The notes under the pieces are model-generated. The model was given only the letters and a program-made list of their open reading frames with translations. It ran no database searches and had not been told where the DNA came from. A stretch of 43,765 nt of DNA from Thermodesulfovibrio sp. (GTDB lineage: Bacteria; Nitrospirota; Thermodesulfovibrionia; Thermodesulfovibrionales; Thermodesulfovibrionaceae), in assembly GCA_026415595.1 (NCBI GenBank), contig JAOAGU010000001.1, forward strand, positions 1-43,765, given 5' to 3'. Shown one piece after another: positions 21,279 through 30,582 of this stretch (the stretch's first letter is position 1; each line of letters starts with the position of its first letter). The translations under genes and the position numbers were made by a program.

Positions 21279-21731
21279 ATGTTGATAGAAATGAAAGTAG
21301 AAGGATTGCTTTTTGATCCAAGAAGTGGTATGTATATTCTTTTACTTCAACAAGTAGATGGCGATGAAACTCTTCCTATATGGATTGGAAAACCTGAGGC
21401 TGATTCTATAGCATTAGCCTTAGGTAAAGTAATAACACCAAGACCTTTAACTCATGACTTGATTAAAAATATATTAGAAGAGTTAGAGGTAAAAATAACA
21501 AAAATTGTAATTACTGATCTAATTGATAACACCTATTATGCCTTGATATATGCCTTTGATGGAATAAAAGAAAAAACCATTGACTCCCGGCCTTCCGATG
21601 CTGTAGCCTTAGCCTTAAGAGTTCAAGCTCCCATATTTGTTGAAGAGGGGATTTTTGAATTAAGAAAAGGCGATGAATTAGAAGAATGGCTTAAAAATTT
21701 AAAGCCTGAAGATTTCGGCAATATTATGTAG
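21279..21731 (+). CDS. Bifunctional nuclease family protein (DUF151)
   Basis: LPIWIG, PRPLTHDL, IDSRPSDAVALALR. Confidence 0.93.
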   Translation: MLIEMKVEGLLFDPRSGMYILLLQQVDGDETLPIWIGKPEADSIALALGKVITPRPLTHDLIKNILEELEVKITKIVITDLIDNTYYALIYAFDGIKEKTIDSRPSDAVALALRVQAPIFVEEGIFELRKGDELEEWLKNLKPEDFGNIM

Positions 21732-21732
21732 T

Positions 21733-22461
21733 TTGATGATATATTCCTCTGAAGCTATTGTCCTTGAAAATAAAGAATACGGTGAAGCAGATTTAATCGT
21801 AACTTATCTAACAAGAGAATTTGGTATTTTAGACCTTTTTGCTAAAAGTCCAAGAAAAATTAAAAGTAGATTCGGAAGTTCCCTTGAACCTTTGACTTAC
21901 TCCAAGATTTCTTTTATCGGAAGAGAGGATAAACTTCAAAAAATTATACAATCTGATATTTTATATCCTTTTCAAAAAATTAGAGAAAATTATAAAACTC
22001 TTTTAAAATTAGCTGAGATAGTAAGATGGATTATTCAATTTTCTCCCAAGAAAGAGAAAAATCCAGAATTATTTAATCTGATGCTTACTGTTTTGAAGGA
22101 AATTGAAAATAGTAATAAGCATGAAAATTATATACTTTTTTTAAAAATCAAGATTTTAAGCATATTAGGATATCTTCCCGATATTAGGTACTGTGGCGTG
22201 TGCGGAAAAATGTTAAATGGAGAACATTACTATCTAAAGGGGTTTATTCTATGCAGTAATTGTTTATATAAAAATGGTTTTGAGGATATAGATAACAAAA
22301 CAAAGGACTCATACATGATTCCAAGAGGTGTTATGAATTTTTTAAATTCTTTCTTAAAATGGCAACTCCCCTATTTAGAAAGAGTTAAAATTAATGAAAA
22401 ATTAATGAATCAGGTGGAAAGTTTCATAAAAAAGCATATCTCTCTTACTGTTAAATTATGA
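21733..22461 (+). CDS. recO: DNA repair protein RecO
   Basis: YGEADLIVTYLT, KSRFGSSLEP, LGYLP, CGVC...CSNC zinc finger; start may be ATG 21736. Confidence 0.92.
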   Translation: MMIYSSEAIVLENKEYGEADLIVTYLTREFGILDLFAKSPRKIKSRFGSSLEPLTYSKISFIGREDKLQKIIQSDILYPFQKIRENYKTLLKLAEIVRWIIQFSPKKEKNPELFNLMLTVLKEIENSNKHENYILFLKIKILSILGYLPDIRYCGVCGKMLNGEHYYLKGFILCSNCLYKNGFEDIDNKTKDSYMIPRGVMNFLNSFLKWQLPYLERVKINEKLMNQVESFIKKHISLTVKL

Positions 22462-22501
22462 TATTATAATAAAAAGAGAAAGATATTTAGCGGAGGAATA
22501 A

Positions 22502-22669
22502 ATGAAAGAACAAAAGCCAATGTGTGTAATATGTGCTTGGAAAGCAACATGTCAAAAACAATTTTCATTAAAAGCAGGGCAAAAATGTCCAGATTTTGTA
22601 AGAGATGTCACAATAAAAATTGAAGAAGAGGAGGATAAAGAAGAAGAGATTGAGAAAAAGGATAAATAA
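22502..22669 (+). CDS. Small four-cysteine protein (55 aa), function unknown
   Basis: Below ORF-track cutoff. SD GGAGGA (22492-22497), TATAAT at 22465-22470, double TAA stop; MKEQKPMCVICAWKATCQKQFSLKAGQKCPDFVRDVTIKIEEEEDKEEEIEKKDK. Confidence 0.8.
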   Translation: MKEQKPMCVICAWKATCQKQFSLKAGQKCPDFVRDVTIKIEEEEDKEEEIEKKDK

Positions 22670-22686
22670 TAACGGTATCCTCCTAA

Positions 22687-23277
22687 ATGGAATTTTTTAA
22701 CTCCTTTTTACTCACTTTTATTCCTCTTTTTGTTGCTATTGATGCACCTGGTATCTTACCTATCTATATCTCCTTAGTAGAGGGAATACCTGATAATCAA
22801 AAGAAGAGAATTGCCAGACAGTCAGTTATAACTGCTTTTTTTGTAGCTCTCTCATTTCTATTCCTTGGGAATATTTTTTTTTCAATTCTCGGAATAGCAT
22901 TGGAAGATTTTATGATAGCAGGTGGTATTCTACTGTTAATTTTATCAATCTCTGAGATATTAAGAGTAAAAGAAAGGGAATTTGCTATAACTGACACATT
23001 GGGAGTTGTGCCAATAGGAACACCTCTTTTAGCAGGACCAGCCACACTAACTACTTTGATTATTCTTGCAGGCACTTATGGATATCCAATAGTAATATTT
23101 TCTCTTTTTCTTAATCTTTTAATCGCATGGATAATGCTTGAAAAGGCTCAGAGTTTAGTAAAAATTTTTGGTATTTATGGTATAAAGGCTTTTGCAAAGG
23201 TTATGGCTTTACTTTTAAGTGCAATAGCAATAAGCTTAATCAAAAGAGGATTGATAAAAATTTTAAATTTGGCATAA
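22687..23277 (+). CDS. MarC family membrane protein
   Basis: FIPLFVAIDAPG, FMIAGGILL, VVPIGTPLLAGPA, KVMALLLSAIA. Confidence 0.92.
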   Translation: MEFFNSFLLTFIPLFVAIDAPGILPIYISLVEGIPDNQKKRIARQSVITAFFVALSFLFLGNIFFSILGIALEDFMIAGGILLLILSISEILRVKEREFAITDTLGVVPIGTPLLAGPATLTTLIILAGTYGYPIVIFSLFLNLLIAWIMLEKAQSLVKIFGIYGIKAFAKVMALLLSAIAISLIKRGLIKILNLA

Positions 23278-23281
23278 TTTA

Positions 23282-23794
23282 ATGAGGGGATTAATACACA
23301 TATATACAGGCGAAGGTAAAGGAAAAACAACTGCAGCAGTAGGTTTAACAATTAGAGCAATCGGAAACGGACTCAAGGTCCTATTTGTTCAATTCATAAA
23401 AGAAAGTTTTAGTGGTGAAATCTCTATTTTAAGTAAATTTCCCGAACTAATAGATATTTATAAATGTAGTACTGGATTTGTACATGAAGAAAAAAAGATA
23501 AATCAAAGAGAAAAAATAAAAAGTTGCATTGAAGAATTAAAGATTAAAATCAAAACCGAAAAATATGACATGATAGTTTTTGATGAGTTGGCAGTAGCAA
23601 TAAACTTAGGCTTAATATCAAAAGATGAGACAGAAAATTTTCTGTCTCTTATCAATAAAAACACGGAGATTATCATTACAGGAAGAGGTGCACCGCAATG
23701 GCTTATTGACAAAGCAGATTTAGTAACAGAAATGAAAAAAATCAAACATTACTTTGAAAAAGGAATTTCAGCTCGAAAGGGGATAGAGTATTGA
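23282..23794 (+). CDS. cobO: Corrinoid adenosyltransferase (CobA/CobO/BtuR)
   Basis: HIYTGEGKGKTTAA, VQFIK, IITGR, ADLVTEM, KHYF...ARKGIEY. Confidence 0.93.
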   Translation: MRGLIHIYTGEGKGKTTAAVGLTIRAIGNGLKVLFVQFIKESFSGEISILSKFPELIDIYKCSTGFVHEEKKINQREKIKSCIEELKIKIKTEKYDMIVFDELAVAINLGLISKDETENFLSLINKNTEIIITGRGAPQWLIDKADLVTEMKKIKHYFEKGISARKGIEY

Positions 23795-24420
23795 TGAAAC
23801 CTTATACTGTAGTGTATCTGTTAAGGCATGGTGAGACAGATGGTCCTAAAAGGGTCTATAAGGGGCATATTGACGTGCCTCTCAGTAAAAGAGGAGTAGA
23901 ACAGGTTGAGAAGGTAGCAGAGAAATTAAAACATGTAATTGCTAAATATCCATTCGAAAAAACAATAATTCTCTCTTCACCACTAAAAAGAGCTGTTAAA
24001 ACTGCTGAAATCATTGGTGAAGCCCTATCAATAGAGATAATTCCGATGGAAATACTTAAGGAAAGAAGTTTTGGTAAATGGGAAGGAATGTCTTTAGATG
24101 AGATTGTCTCTGCCTATCCTGACGATTTTGAACGATGGAGACAAAATCCTGCAAAATTTTCGCCTCCAGAAGGTGAAAGCACACTTGATGTGAGTAATAG
24201 AGCAAAAAGGGCAATTGAGCATATTTTGAAAGAATACAAAGACCATAGAGTATTGATAACAGCTCACGGAGGTATAAATAGGGTTATTCTTTGTAATCTT
24301 TTAAATATTCCTCTTGAGAACATATTCAAGATTGAGCAAGATTTTGCTTGTGTAAACATCATAGAATTCTATGATAAATTTCCGGTAGTAAAGCTAATAA
24401 ATGGTGTTTTCTGGAGATGA
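23791..24420 (+). CDS. Histidine phosphatase, probable alpha-ribazole phosphatase (CobC-like)
   Basis: LLRHGET, SSPLKRA, FGKWEG, PPEGES, TAHGG; adjacent to cobO. Confidence 0.85.
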   Translation: MMKPYTVVYLLRHGETDGPKRVYKGHIDVPLSKRGVEQVEKVAEKLKHVIAKYPFEKTIILSSPLKRAVKTAEIIGEALSIEIIPMEILKERSFGKWEGMSLDEIVSAYPDDFERWRQNPAKFSPPEGESTLDVSNRAKRAIEHILKEYKDHRVLITAHGGINRVILCNLLNIPLENIFKIEQDFACVNIIEFYDKFPVVKLINGVFWR

Positions 24421-25394
24421 ATTTTATTGAAAAAATATATCTCTTTTTTTATCTGAGAAAAAAAAGGAGAGACCTGCAAAATCAAAAAAGACTGACTTTT
24501 CCTGTCGTAAGTATTGGTAATATTACCTTAGGTGGAACAGGGAAAACTCCTTTTACAATGACCTTAGCAAAAGAGTCTATCAAGAGAAACTTCACACCTA
24601 TTATCCTAACAAGAGGTTATAGAGGAAAGCTTAAAGGTCCTTTGGTAGTTTTGATGAGTTACAGCGCAAAAGATGTAGGAGACGAACCATTATTAATGGC
24701 TACAGAGGGCTTAACTGTAATAAAGAGTATTGACAGATATGAAGGGGGTATCTTTGCAATAAAGGAGTTTAGACTTACAAAAAAGGATAAAGTTTTTTTT
24801 ATTCTTGATGACGGATTTCAACATTGGAGGCTTTACAGGGACTTAAATATCCTGCTTATTGATGGCAGCCTTCCTTTACTAAGGAGTAAACTATTTCCTC
24901 TTGGAATTCTCAGATCTCCTCTAAATGAATTAGATGAGGCAGATTTTGTTTTCATAACCAAAGAGAGAAACGAGGAACTGAGGCTCTATTTAGACAACTT
25001 CAGTTCTGTAGATCACTATTATGCTCCTCTAAGAATAAAAGGTTTCTACAACGTAGTTGGTGATGCTATAGAACCATACGGTAAAAGTGCTTTTGTTTTT
25101 GCAGGAATTGGAAATTTTGATTTTTTTTTGGAAAGCTTAAGAAGATCAAGGATTGAAATATTGGGATTTAAAAAATTTATTGACCACAAATTTTACAGTA
25201 AGCAAAATCTTAAGGAAATAAAAAAAATAGCAAAAGAGGCAGAACTAATAATCACAACCAAAAAGGACTTTGTTAAGATAAGGGATTATATTGATATTTT
25301 TGAGGGAAGACTCTGTTATCCTGAAATATATTTAGAAATAGAGGAGGATGCATTAGAGAAAATTTTTTCAAAGCTTGAAAAGTTATTTATTTAA
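24417..25394 (+). CDS. lpxK: Tetraacyldisaccharide 4'-kinase
   Basis: SIGNITLGGTGKTP, TRGY, GDEP, LDDGFQH, PLGILR, TTKKD. Confidence 0.95.
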   Translation: MNFIEKIYLFFYLRKKRRDLQNQKRLTFPVVSIGNITLGGTGKTPFTMTLAKESIKRNFTPIILTRGYRGKLKGPLVVLMSYSAKDVGDEPLLMATEGLTVIKSIDRYEGGIFAIKEFRLTKKDKVFFILDDGFQHWRLYRDLNILLIDGSLPLLRSKLFPLGILRSPLNELDEADFVFITKERNEELRLYLDNFSSVDHYYAPLRIKGFYNVVGDAIEPYGKSAFVFAGIGNFDFFLESLRRSRIEILGFKKFIDHKFYSKQNLKEIKKIAKEAELIITTKKDFVKIRDYIDIFEGRLCYPEIYLEIEEDALEKIFSKLEKLFI

Positions 25395-26818
25395 GCTTTT
25401 AATGCCTCCTCTGTAATTTTATTAATCATCATTTTAAAAATGACTCTGTGGAATGGATACATTAAATACCAATAGAGTCTTCCCCGAAGTCCTTTTGGAA
25501 GAAAGTAAGCTGTCTGGACAAATATATCCTCATCTATCAAAAACTCAAGCCATGCCTTGCCTGGTAATTTCATCTGTGCTTCAAGAAGAAGTCTTTGACC
25601 TTCTGCAATATCAATTACCTTCCAAAAATCAATTACATCACCAACTCTTAGCTCATGTGAGGTTCTTCTGCCTCTATTAAGTCCGTATCCACCTAAAAGT
25701 TTATCAATCAATCCCCTTATTCCCCATAGAAAATTTAAGGCATACCAGCCCCTTTGTCCTCCTAAGTTTTTGCATATTTCAAATATATTTTTTGCCACCT
25801 CAGGCTCAATCTTTTTAGCGTATCTATCAACATAAACAGCCTTTGATATTTCAGGTATATGTGGCACATCGCATACAAGTCCCTTAGAACTGTCACACCA
25901 ACGACTAATCACCTGATTTTTTTCAATCTCCTCAAGGGCTTGCCTAATTGCTTTTTTAAAAGGTGTTACTCTTATGTGAGGAAAGTATTTTTCTGCATTA
26001 TCATTATTTTTAACTGTCTTTGACTTTAATCCTAACACAAGCTCCCTTGCCAGTTCAAAATTTACAGGAGTAAAAAGTACAAGCCAATAAGAAGAAAGTT
26101 TTGGAGTAAGCACAGGAACATCTATTATAAATCTTTTCAATCCTAAAACCTCTGCTGTCTCAAGCATCATCTCTTTAAAAGTCATCTGAGGCATTCCTAT
26201 ATCAATTTTTCCATGGATTGGATTCTCAGAAAATATGGCAGATTTAAGATAATTTATAACATCATCTATGAATATGGGACAGGTAGGCGTATTAACCCAC
26301 CGAGGAGTAATCATGATTGGAAGTTTTTCCACAAGATTCCTCAATATTTCAAAACTTGCACTACCAGAACCAATGATTACACCAGCCCTAAACCATGCTG
26401 CCTTTACTTTGTCTGGCTTTGAACTTAAAATCTCACCTGTTCTGTATCTGCTTCTTAAATGGGGACTTGCATCTTTTAACTCTCCAAGTCCGCCAAGATA
26501 TATAATCTGTTTTACCCCTGCTTTTTCGCAGGATTCTATGAAATTTTTTGCACTTATCCGTTCCTTTTCCTCATAGTCTTTACTTTTTCCCATCATGTGT
26601 ATAAGATAGACTGCCACATCAACATCTTTAAGACATCTTTCTAAAACTGGGATATTGAAAGTGTCACCCTCATAAATTTCACATCTCTCAGCTATTGAAT
26701 ACTCAAGCTTATTTTTATTTCTTACTAAAAGCCGTATTTTAATGGATTCATCTAAAAGATTATAAAGAAGCCTTCTACCTACAAAACCTGTTGCTCCAGT
26801 GATTAAAACAGTTTTCAT
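25391..26818 (-). CDS. Atypical SDR oxidoreductase with C-terminal DUF2867-like domain (YbjT-like)
   Basis: VLITGATGFVG, YLIHMM, IYLGGL, SPHLRSR, GSGSASFE, DFWKV, MKLPGKAWLEF, GRLYWY. Confidence 0.88.
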   Translation of the reverse strand: MKTVLITGATGFVGRRLLYNLLDESIKIRLLVRNKNKLEYSIAERCEIYEGDTFNIPVLERCLKDVDVAVYLIHMMGKSKDYEEKERISAKNFIESCEKAGVKQIIYLGGLGELKDASPHLRSRYRTGEILSSKPDKVKAAWFRAGVIIGSGSASFEILRNLVEKLPIMITPRWVNTPTCPIFIDDVINYLKSAIFSENPIHGKIDIGMPQMTFKEMMLETAEVLGLKRFIIDVPVLTPKLSSYWLVLFTPVNFELARELVLGLKSKTVKNNDNAEKYFPHIRVTPFKKAIRQALEEIEKNQVISRWCDSSKGLVCDVPHIPEISKAVYVDRYAKKIEPEVAKNIFEICKNLGGQRGWYALNFLWGIRGLIDKLLGGYGLNRGRRTSHELRVGDVIDFWKVIDIAEGQRLLLEAQMKLPGKAWLEFLIDEDIFVQTAYFLPKGLRGRLYWYLMYPFHRVIFKMMINKITEEALKA

Positions 26819-26833
26819 GAATTATTAGATAGA

Positions 26834-27172
26834 TTAATGGCTATGACCCTTTTCTGAATGGCCACCTGCTATTAGATAGATGGTATCTGAGGGGGATAGA
26901 TTTTCAAAAAAAACACTTTCTTCTTCCACAATATGAAAAGCTTCTCCTTCCTTAAGTATTCCTTCCCAAATACCTGTAACCTTAACCTCACCTTGCAGTA
27001 TTAGCACGATTTCTTCATGACCCTTGCCAGGTTTAATAAGTCTTTGTTTTTCAGCTGGTCTAAGCACTCCATAAATCATATAGCATGCATGCGAATTGGT
27101 GAGTTCAGAGCCAATTATAAATTCACCAGAGGTTATTTCTTTAAGTTTTTCTTTAAGTTCTAAAATTTTCAT
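26834..27172 (-). CDS. Hypothetical cupin-fold protein
   Basis: GHEEIVLILQG and LKEGEAFHI...FFEN pattern; His-rich C-terminus. Confidence 0.7.
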   Translation of the reverse strand: MKILELKEKLKEITSGEFIIGSELTNSHACYMIYGVLRPAEKQRLIKPGKGHEEIVLILQGEVKVTGIWEGILKEGEAFHIVEEESVFFENLSPSDTIYLIAGGHSEKGHSH

Positions 27173-27178
27173 TTTTTA

Positions 27179-27207
27179 ATTTTACTATGTAAAGGGGATA
27201 AATGCAA
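27179..27207 (-). promoter_or_regulatory. Sigma-70 promoter for cupin-SDR operon, probably leaderless
   Basis: TTGCAT (27207-27202), 17 nt, TAAAAT (27184-27179), 6 nt, then ATG. Confidence 0.6.
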
Positions 27208-27344
27208 GAAGAAAAGTTTTTTCATTAATAGTTTTTGTAAAATGGACAAGTATTTAGGAAATTATAGAATTAACTTACAAAAAAAGCCTACAAAAAGACT
27301 ATCAATGGATTCATAATAATATTAATGAAGAAAGGAGATTCATT

Positions 27345-28559
27345 ATGGTAAATATCAATGAGAAAACAAAAGCAGAGATGATTCTAAAATTTAATTGGGA
27401 GTCTAATATTGGAAAGCATGAAGAATTACAGTTTTGCAATCTAAATGTATGGAGAGATATGGAATTTTTTCCAGAGAAAGTTAGAGAAAATCTATGGGGT
27501 AAAAAGAGAGGCGATAGCTTCAAAGTTCAATTTTCAAAAGGTGAACTTTTTAATTTTTCTGAGGACAATATAGTAGAATTAAAAAATACTCAGTTTATAC
27601 CTCAAAAGCTACAAAGAACATTAATGAATCCTCGGCTTGGCAGATTTTATCCACTTGGATTTTTTAGGGGATTACAGGGAGTTTTTCCTCAAAATTTTAA
27701 ACCTACAAGGGTGATAGGAATTGATAAAGAGACAATTAAAATTGACACAAATCTACCAATTTCTAAATATGATTTAGAAATAGAAGTTTATATTTTGGAT
27801 GTCAGAAAAAAATTTTCAGAGGTAGGAGGGGAATGTAAAGATTGGTGTGCCCTTTCTCTTGAAAATGGACCTGGCATGCAAGTGAGATATAACGGCTTAC
27901 CAACAGACTTTGAAATTGAAAATCCAGATAGTTTCAAACGAGAAGATGAAGGTGAAGACACAAATTTCTATAAAGAACCAAGAATCACAACCCACATAGA
28001 TTCAAAGGCTCATGAAAACTTATTAGACCTTTATACAAAAATTCTACCTAAAAAGGGAAAAGTTCTTGACCTTATGAGCAGTTATCAATCGCATATACCA
28101 AAGAATGAATATTTAAAAGTTATAGGGCTTGGACTTAATGAAGAGGAAATGAGGCAGAACATTAGACTCAGCGACTTTTTTGTTCATGACCTTAATAAAG
28201 AAACAAAACTTCCATTTGGAGATGAAGAGTTTGAAGTTATTGTTTGCGATCTTTCTATTGAGTATGTTGTAAATCCTATTGAATTAATTAATGAAGTAAA
28301 GAGGATTCTTAAAAAGGGTGGCATATTTACAGTTAGTTTTTCAAATAGATATTTTCCCACAAAGGTCATAAAACTCTGGATTGATCTTCATGAATTTGAA
28401 AGAATGGGTTATGTTTTAGAGTTGTTATTAAGAACTGAGGGATTTATAAACTTTAAGACTTTCTCAATCAGAGGCTTTATGAGACCTTATGAAGATAAGT
28501 ATTTTGGATGTTCGTTTCTATCAGACCCTATCTATTTAGTATATGCTCAAAAGGCGTAG
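27345..28559 (+). CDS. Class I SAM-dependent methyltransferase-like protein with N-terminal SlyD/FKBP-like region
   Basis: C-terminal FYKEPRITTHID, VLDLMSS, GLGLN, DLN...LPF, LKKGG, SFSNRYFPTK; N-terminal IKIDTNLPIS...IEVYILDV; SD AAGGAG. Confidence 0.8.
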   Translation: MVNINEKTKAEMILKFNWESNIGKHEELQFCNLNVWRDMEFFPEKVRENLWGKKRGDSFKVQFSKGELFNFSEDNIVELKNTQFIPQKLQRTLMNPRLGRFYPLGFFRGLQGVFPQNFKPTRVIGIDKETIKIDTNLPISKYDLEIEVYILDVRKKFSEVGGECKDWCALSLENGPGMQVRYNGLPTDFEIENPDSFKREDEGEDTNFYKEPRITTHIDSKAHENLLDLYTKILPKKGKVLDLMSSYQSHIPKNEYLKVIGLGLNEEEMRQNIRLSDFFVHDLNKETKLPFGDEEFEVIVCDLSIEYVVNPIELINEVKRILKKGGIFTVSFSNRYFPTKVIKLWIDLHEFERMGYVLELLLRTEGFINFKTFSIRGFMRPYEDKYFGCSFLSDPIYLVYAQKA

Positions 28560-29591
28560 TGAAAAGGTAACAGTAGTTGGAGGCGGTATTGCTGGTGTAT
28601 GCACCTCTGGTCTATTGTCAAAAAAGGGTTATAAGTTTAAGCTATTTGAGATTATAAATTCTGTAGTAAAGTTTATGAAGTAACAAAGAGAGTTTTAACT
28701 AATCGATATTACTATAATTTTTTCTTCACTCAAAGAAACTACCAAAAGCTTTTTAAGTATGCGGAATCTTATCTTAAAGTATTTTAGAGAATTTTTAATC
28801 TCTGCAGAAAGAGGTATAAAAGAGTATCTTAATAATATTGACAAAGATTATTATGATTTTATGGATTCTCATGTAAAAATTATTGTACAAAGCAGTATTG
28901 AGAGAATAAATTTTCTAATACTGCTGCTTTGTCTTGGCTATCCTTTCACTGGCATAGGTTATTCAGAGGAGGGAATGGGAAGATTAATAGAGGCAATTGC
29001 AAAGGATTCCGACATTTATCTAAAGACAGAAGTAAAATCAATAAAAAGGTATAACGAAGGCTTAATTATAAAGGGAGATTTTGGCAAAGAAATTTTTGAC
29101 AGAGTAATTCTCGCCTATCCAGTATTTGAAGATATGAATACTATAGAGGATGAAAATCTTAAGGATTATTTTAGAAAATACATTCATCTAATCACTGAAG
29201 AGTTAAGAAAGACAATGAAAAACATACTGTATTTACAGTATCTACGCATACCAGAGCTTCCTATTGGATAAATCTTCAAAGAGAAATTTATGATATAAAA
29301 AAAGAACGGATAAAGGAGAAAATTTTAGAAGTAATGAAAGAGACCTTTGAATTAGAGAATAAAAGTTTTATTCTTTCCTTTCTCGCAACACCAGAGACTT
29401 TTTTCAGATACTTAGGTAGAAGAAGTGTAGGAGGGATTCCAATTACAAGAGAAAATGTTTTTTGGAGAATTCCTTCTAATTTTACTCCCTTTAATAATTT
29501 ATACTTAGTTGGAGATAGTTATTTCTCCTATCAGGGATGGATTGGAATTTCTATGGGATTAAGAAATTTAATGGAACATTTTAATGAGTAA
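28543..29591 (+). pseudogene. Fragmented FAD-dependent phytoene desaturase/CrtD/CrtISO-like oxidoreductase
   Basis: Fragment 1 (28543-28683) KVTVVGGGIAG...KLFE then stop; fragment 2 (28759-29271) EGMGRLIEAI; fragment 3 in another frame (29199-29591) TVSTHT...ATPETFFRY...GGIP...LYLVGDS...QGWIG. Confidence 0.8.
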
Positions 29592-30582
29592 ATTTGAGCT
29601 TAAAATAAGCCCTTTAGATTGGCTTTTTATAATTATTGTGGCGATCATTTTTTCCTCTGTATTATCTACAATAATATTTATAACTCTTAATTCAAGCTGG
29701 GAACACAGCTTAATAGTAGGTGCGATATTAGGATTTTGCCTTGCCTTTATCTCTATCGCTCTAATATCAGTTAACAATAGATATATACTGCCTAAAATCA
29801 ATAAAACCGCTATCTGGTGGATTATTTCGGCAATATTAGCATTTTTTGCAGGCTATATAGGATTTTACTTCGCTTTCTTTTTAGTTAAAAGCCTATACAT
29901 TCCGATACCAGTTGGTATATTAAGTAATATAGACATTTTAGCCCTCTTTTCAGGTTTACTCAATTATCTTATGGGCTTAATTATTTATCTTTTTGTCAGA
30001 ATGAAGACTAAAAAACAGGAAATTGAAACTCTTTTTACTGAAGGGAGAATTTTCTCTCTAAATACTCAGCTTAATTCTCATTTTCTCTTTAATGTTTTAA
30101 ATAGTATTATTGAACTGCTTAGAGTAGACAGCAATAAAGCTGAAGAAGCTTTGATCAAACTTGGTAGATTTTTCAGAAAAGCTCTAAATGAAGACCCTAT
30201 TATAAAAATATCTGAAGAACTTGATAATGTTAGGACATATGTAGAACTTGAAAATTTAAGATATAATGGACTTATACAGTTGAATGTTGTAGACGAAGAA
30301 AAGGTTGCTAAAATTTTAATTCCTCGTTTTTCTATTCAACTTTTAGTTGAGAATGCTATCAAACATGGATTTACAGGAAAGGATTTAAATATTGAAATTT
30401 TATTTAAAAATTTAGACTCATCTGTTATGATTCATGTATTAAATGATGGCAAAAAAATTGAGAATTTAAATTTTGGGACAGGGCTCACGAATCTTACCAA
30501 ACGGCTTAAAGTGCTTTGCAATGGTGAATTGGAATTCATACAAAAGGAAAAAAATGAATTTATAATAAATCTACCTAAATGA
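29584..30582 (+). CDS. LytS/YehU-type membrane sensor histidine kinase
   Basis: About 4 TM helices, QLNSHFLFNVLN, EELDNV..YVELE, QLLVENAIKHG, GTGLTNL. Confidence 0.92.
   Translation: MSKFELKISPLDWLFIIIVAIIFSSVLSTIIFITLNSSWEHSLIVGAILGFCLAFISIALISVNNRYILPKINKTAIWWIISAILAFFAGYIGFYFAFFLVKSLYIPIPVGILSNIDILALFSGLLNYLMGLIIYLFVRMKTKKQEIETLFTEGRIFSLNTQLNSHFLFNVLNSIIELLRVDSNKAEEALIKLGRFFRKALNEDPIIKISEELDNVRTYVELENLRYNGLIQLNVVDEEKVAKILIPRFSIQLLVENAIKHGFTGKDLNIEILFKNLDSSVMIHVLNDGKKIENLNFGTGLTNLTKRLKVLCNGELEFIQKEKNEFIINLPK

Noticed and set aside
27271-27305. TACA repeats as a CarH/LitR light-responsive operator
   Set aside because: Period is 13 bp rather than 11 bp, and no such regulator is in the window
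27311-27523. 70-aa minus-strand ORF
   Set aside because: Overlaps the SD and start of the methyltransferase gene on the opposite strand; no motif support
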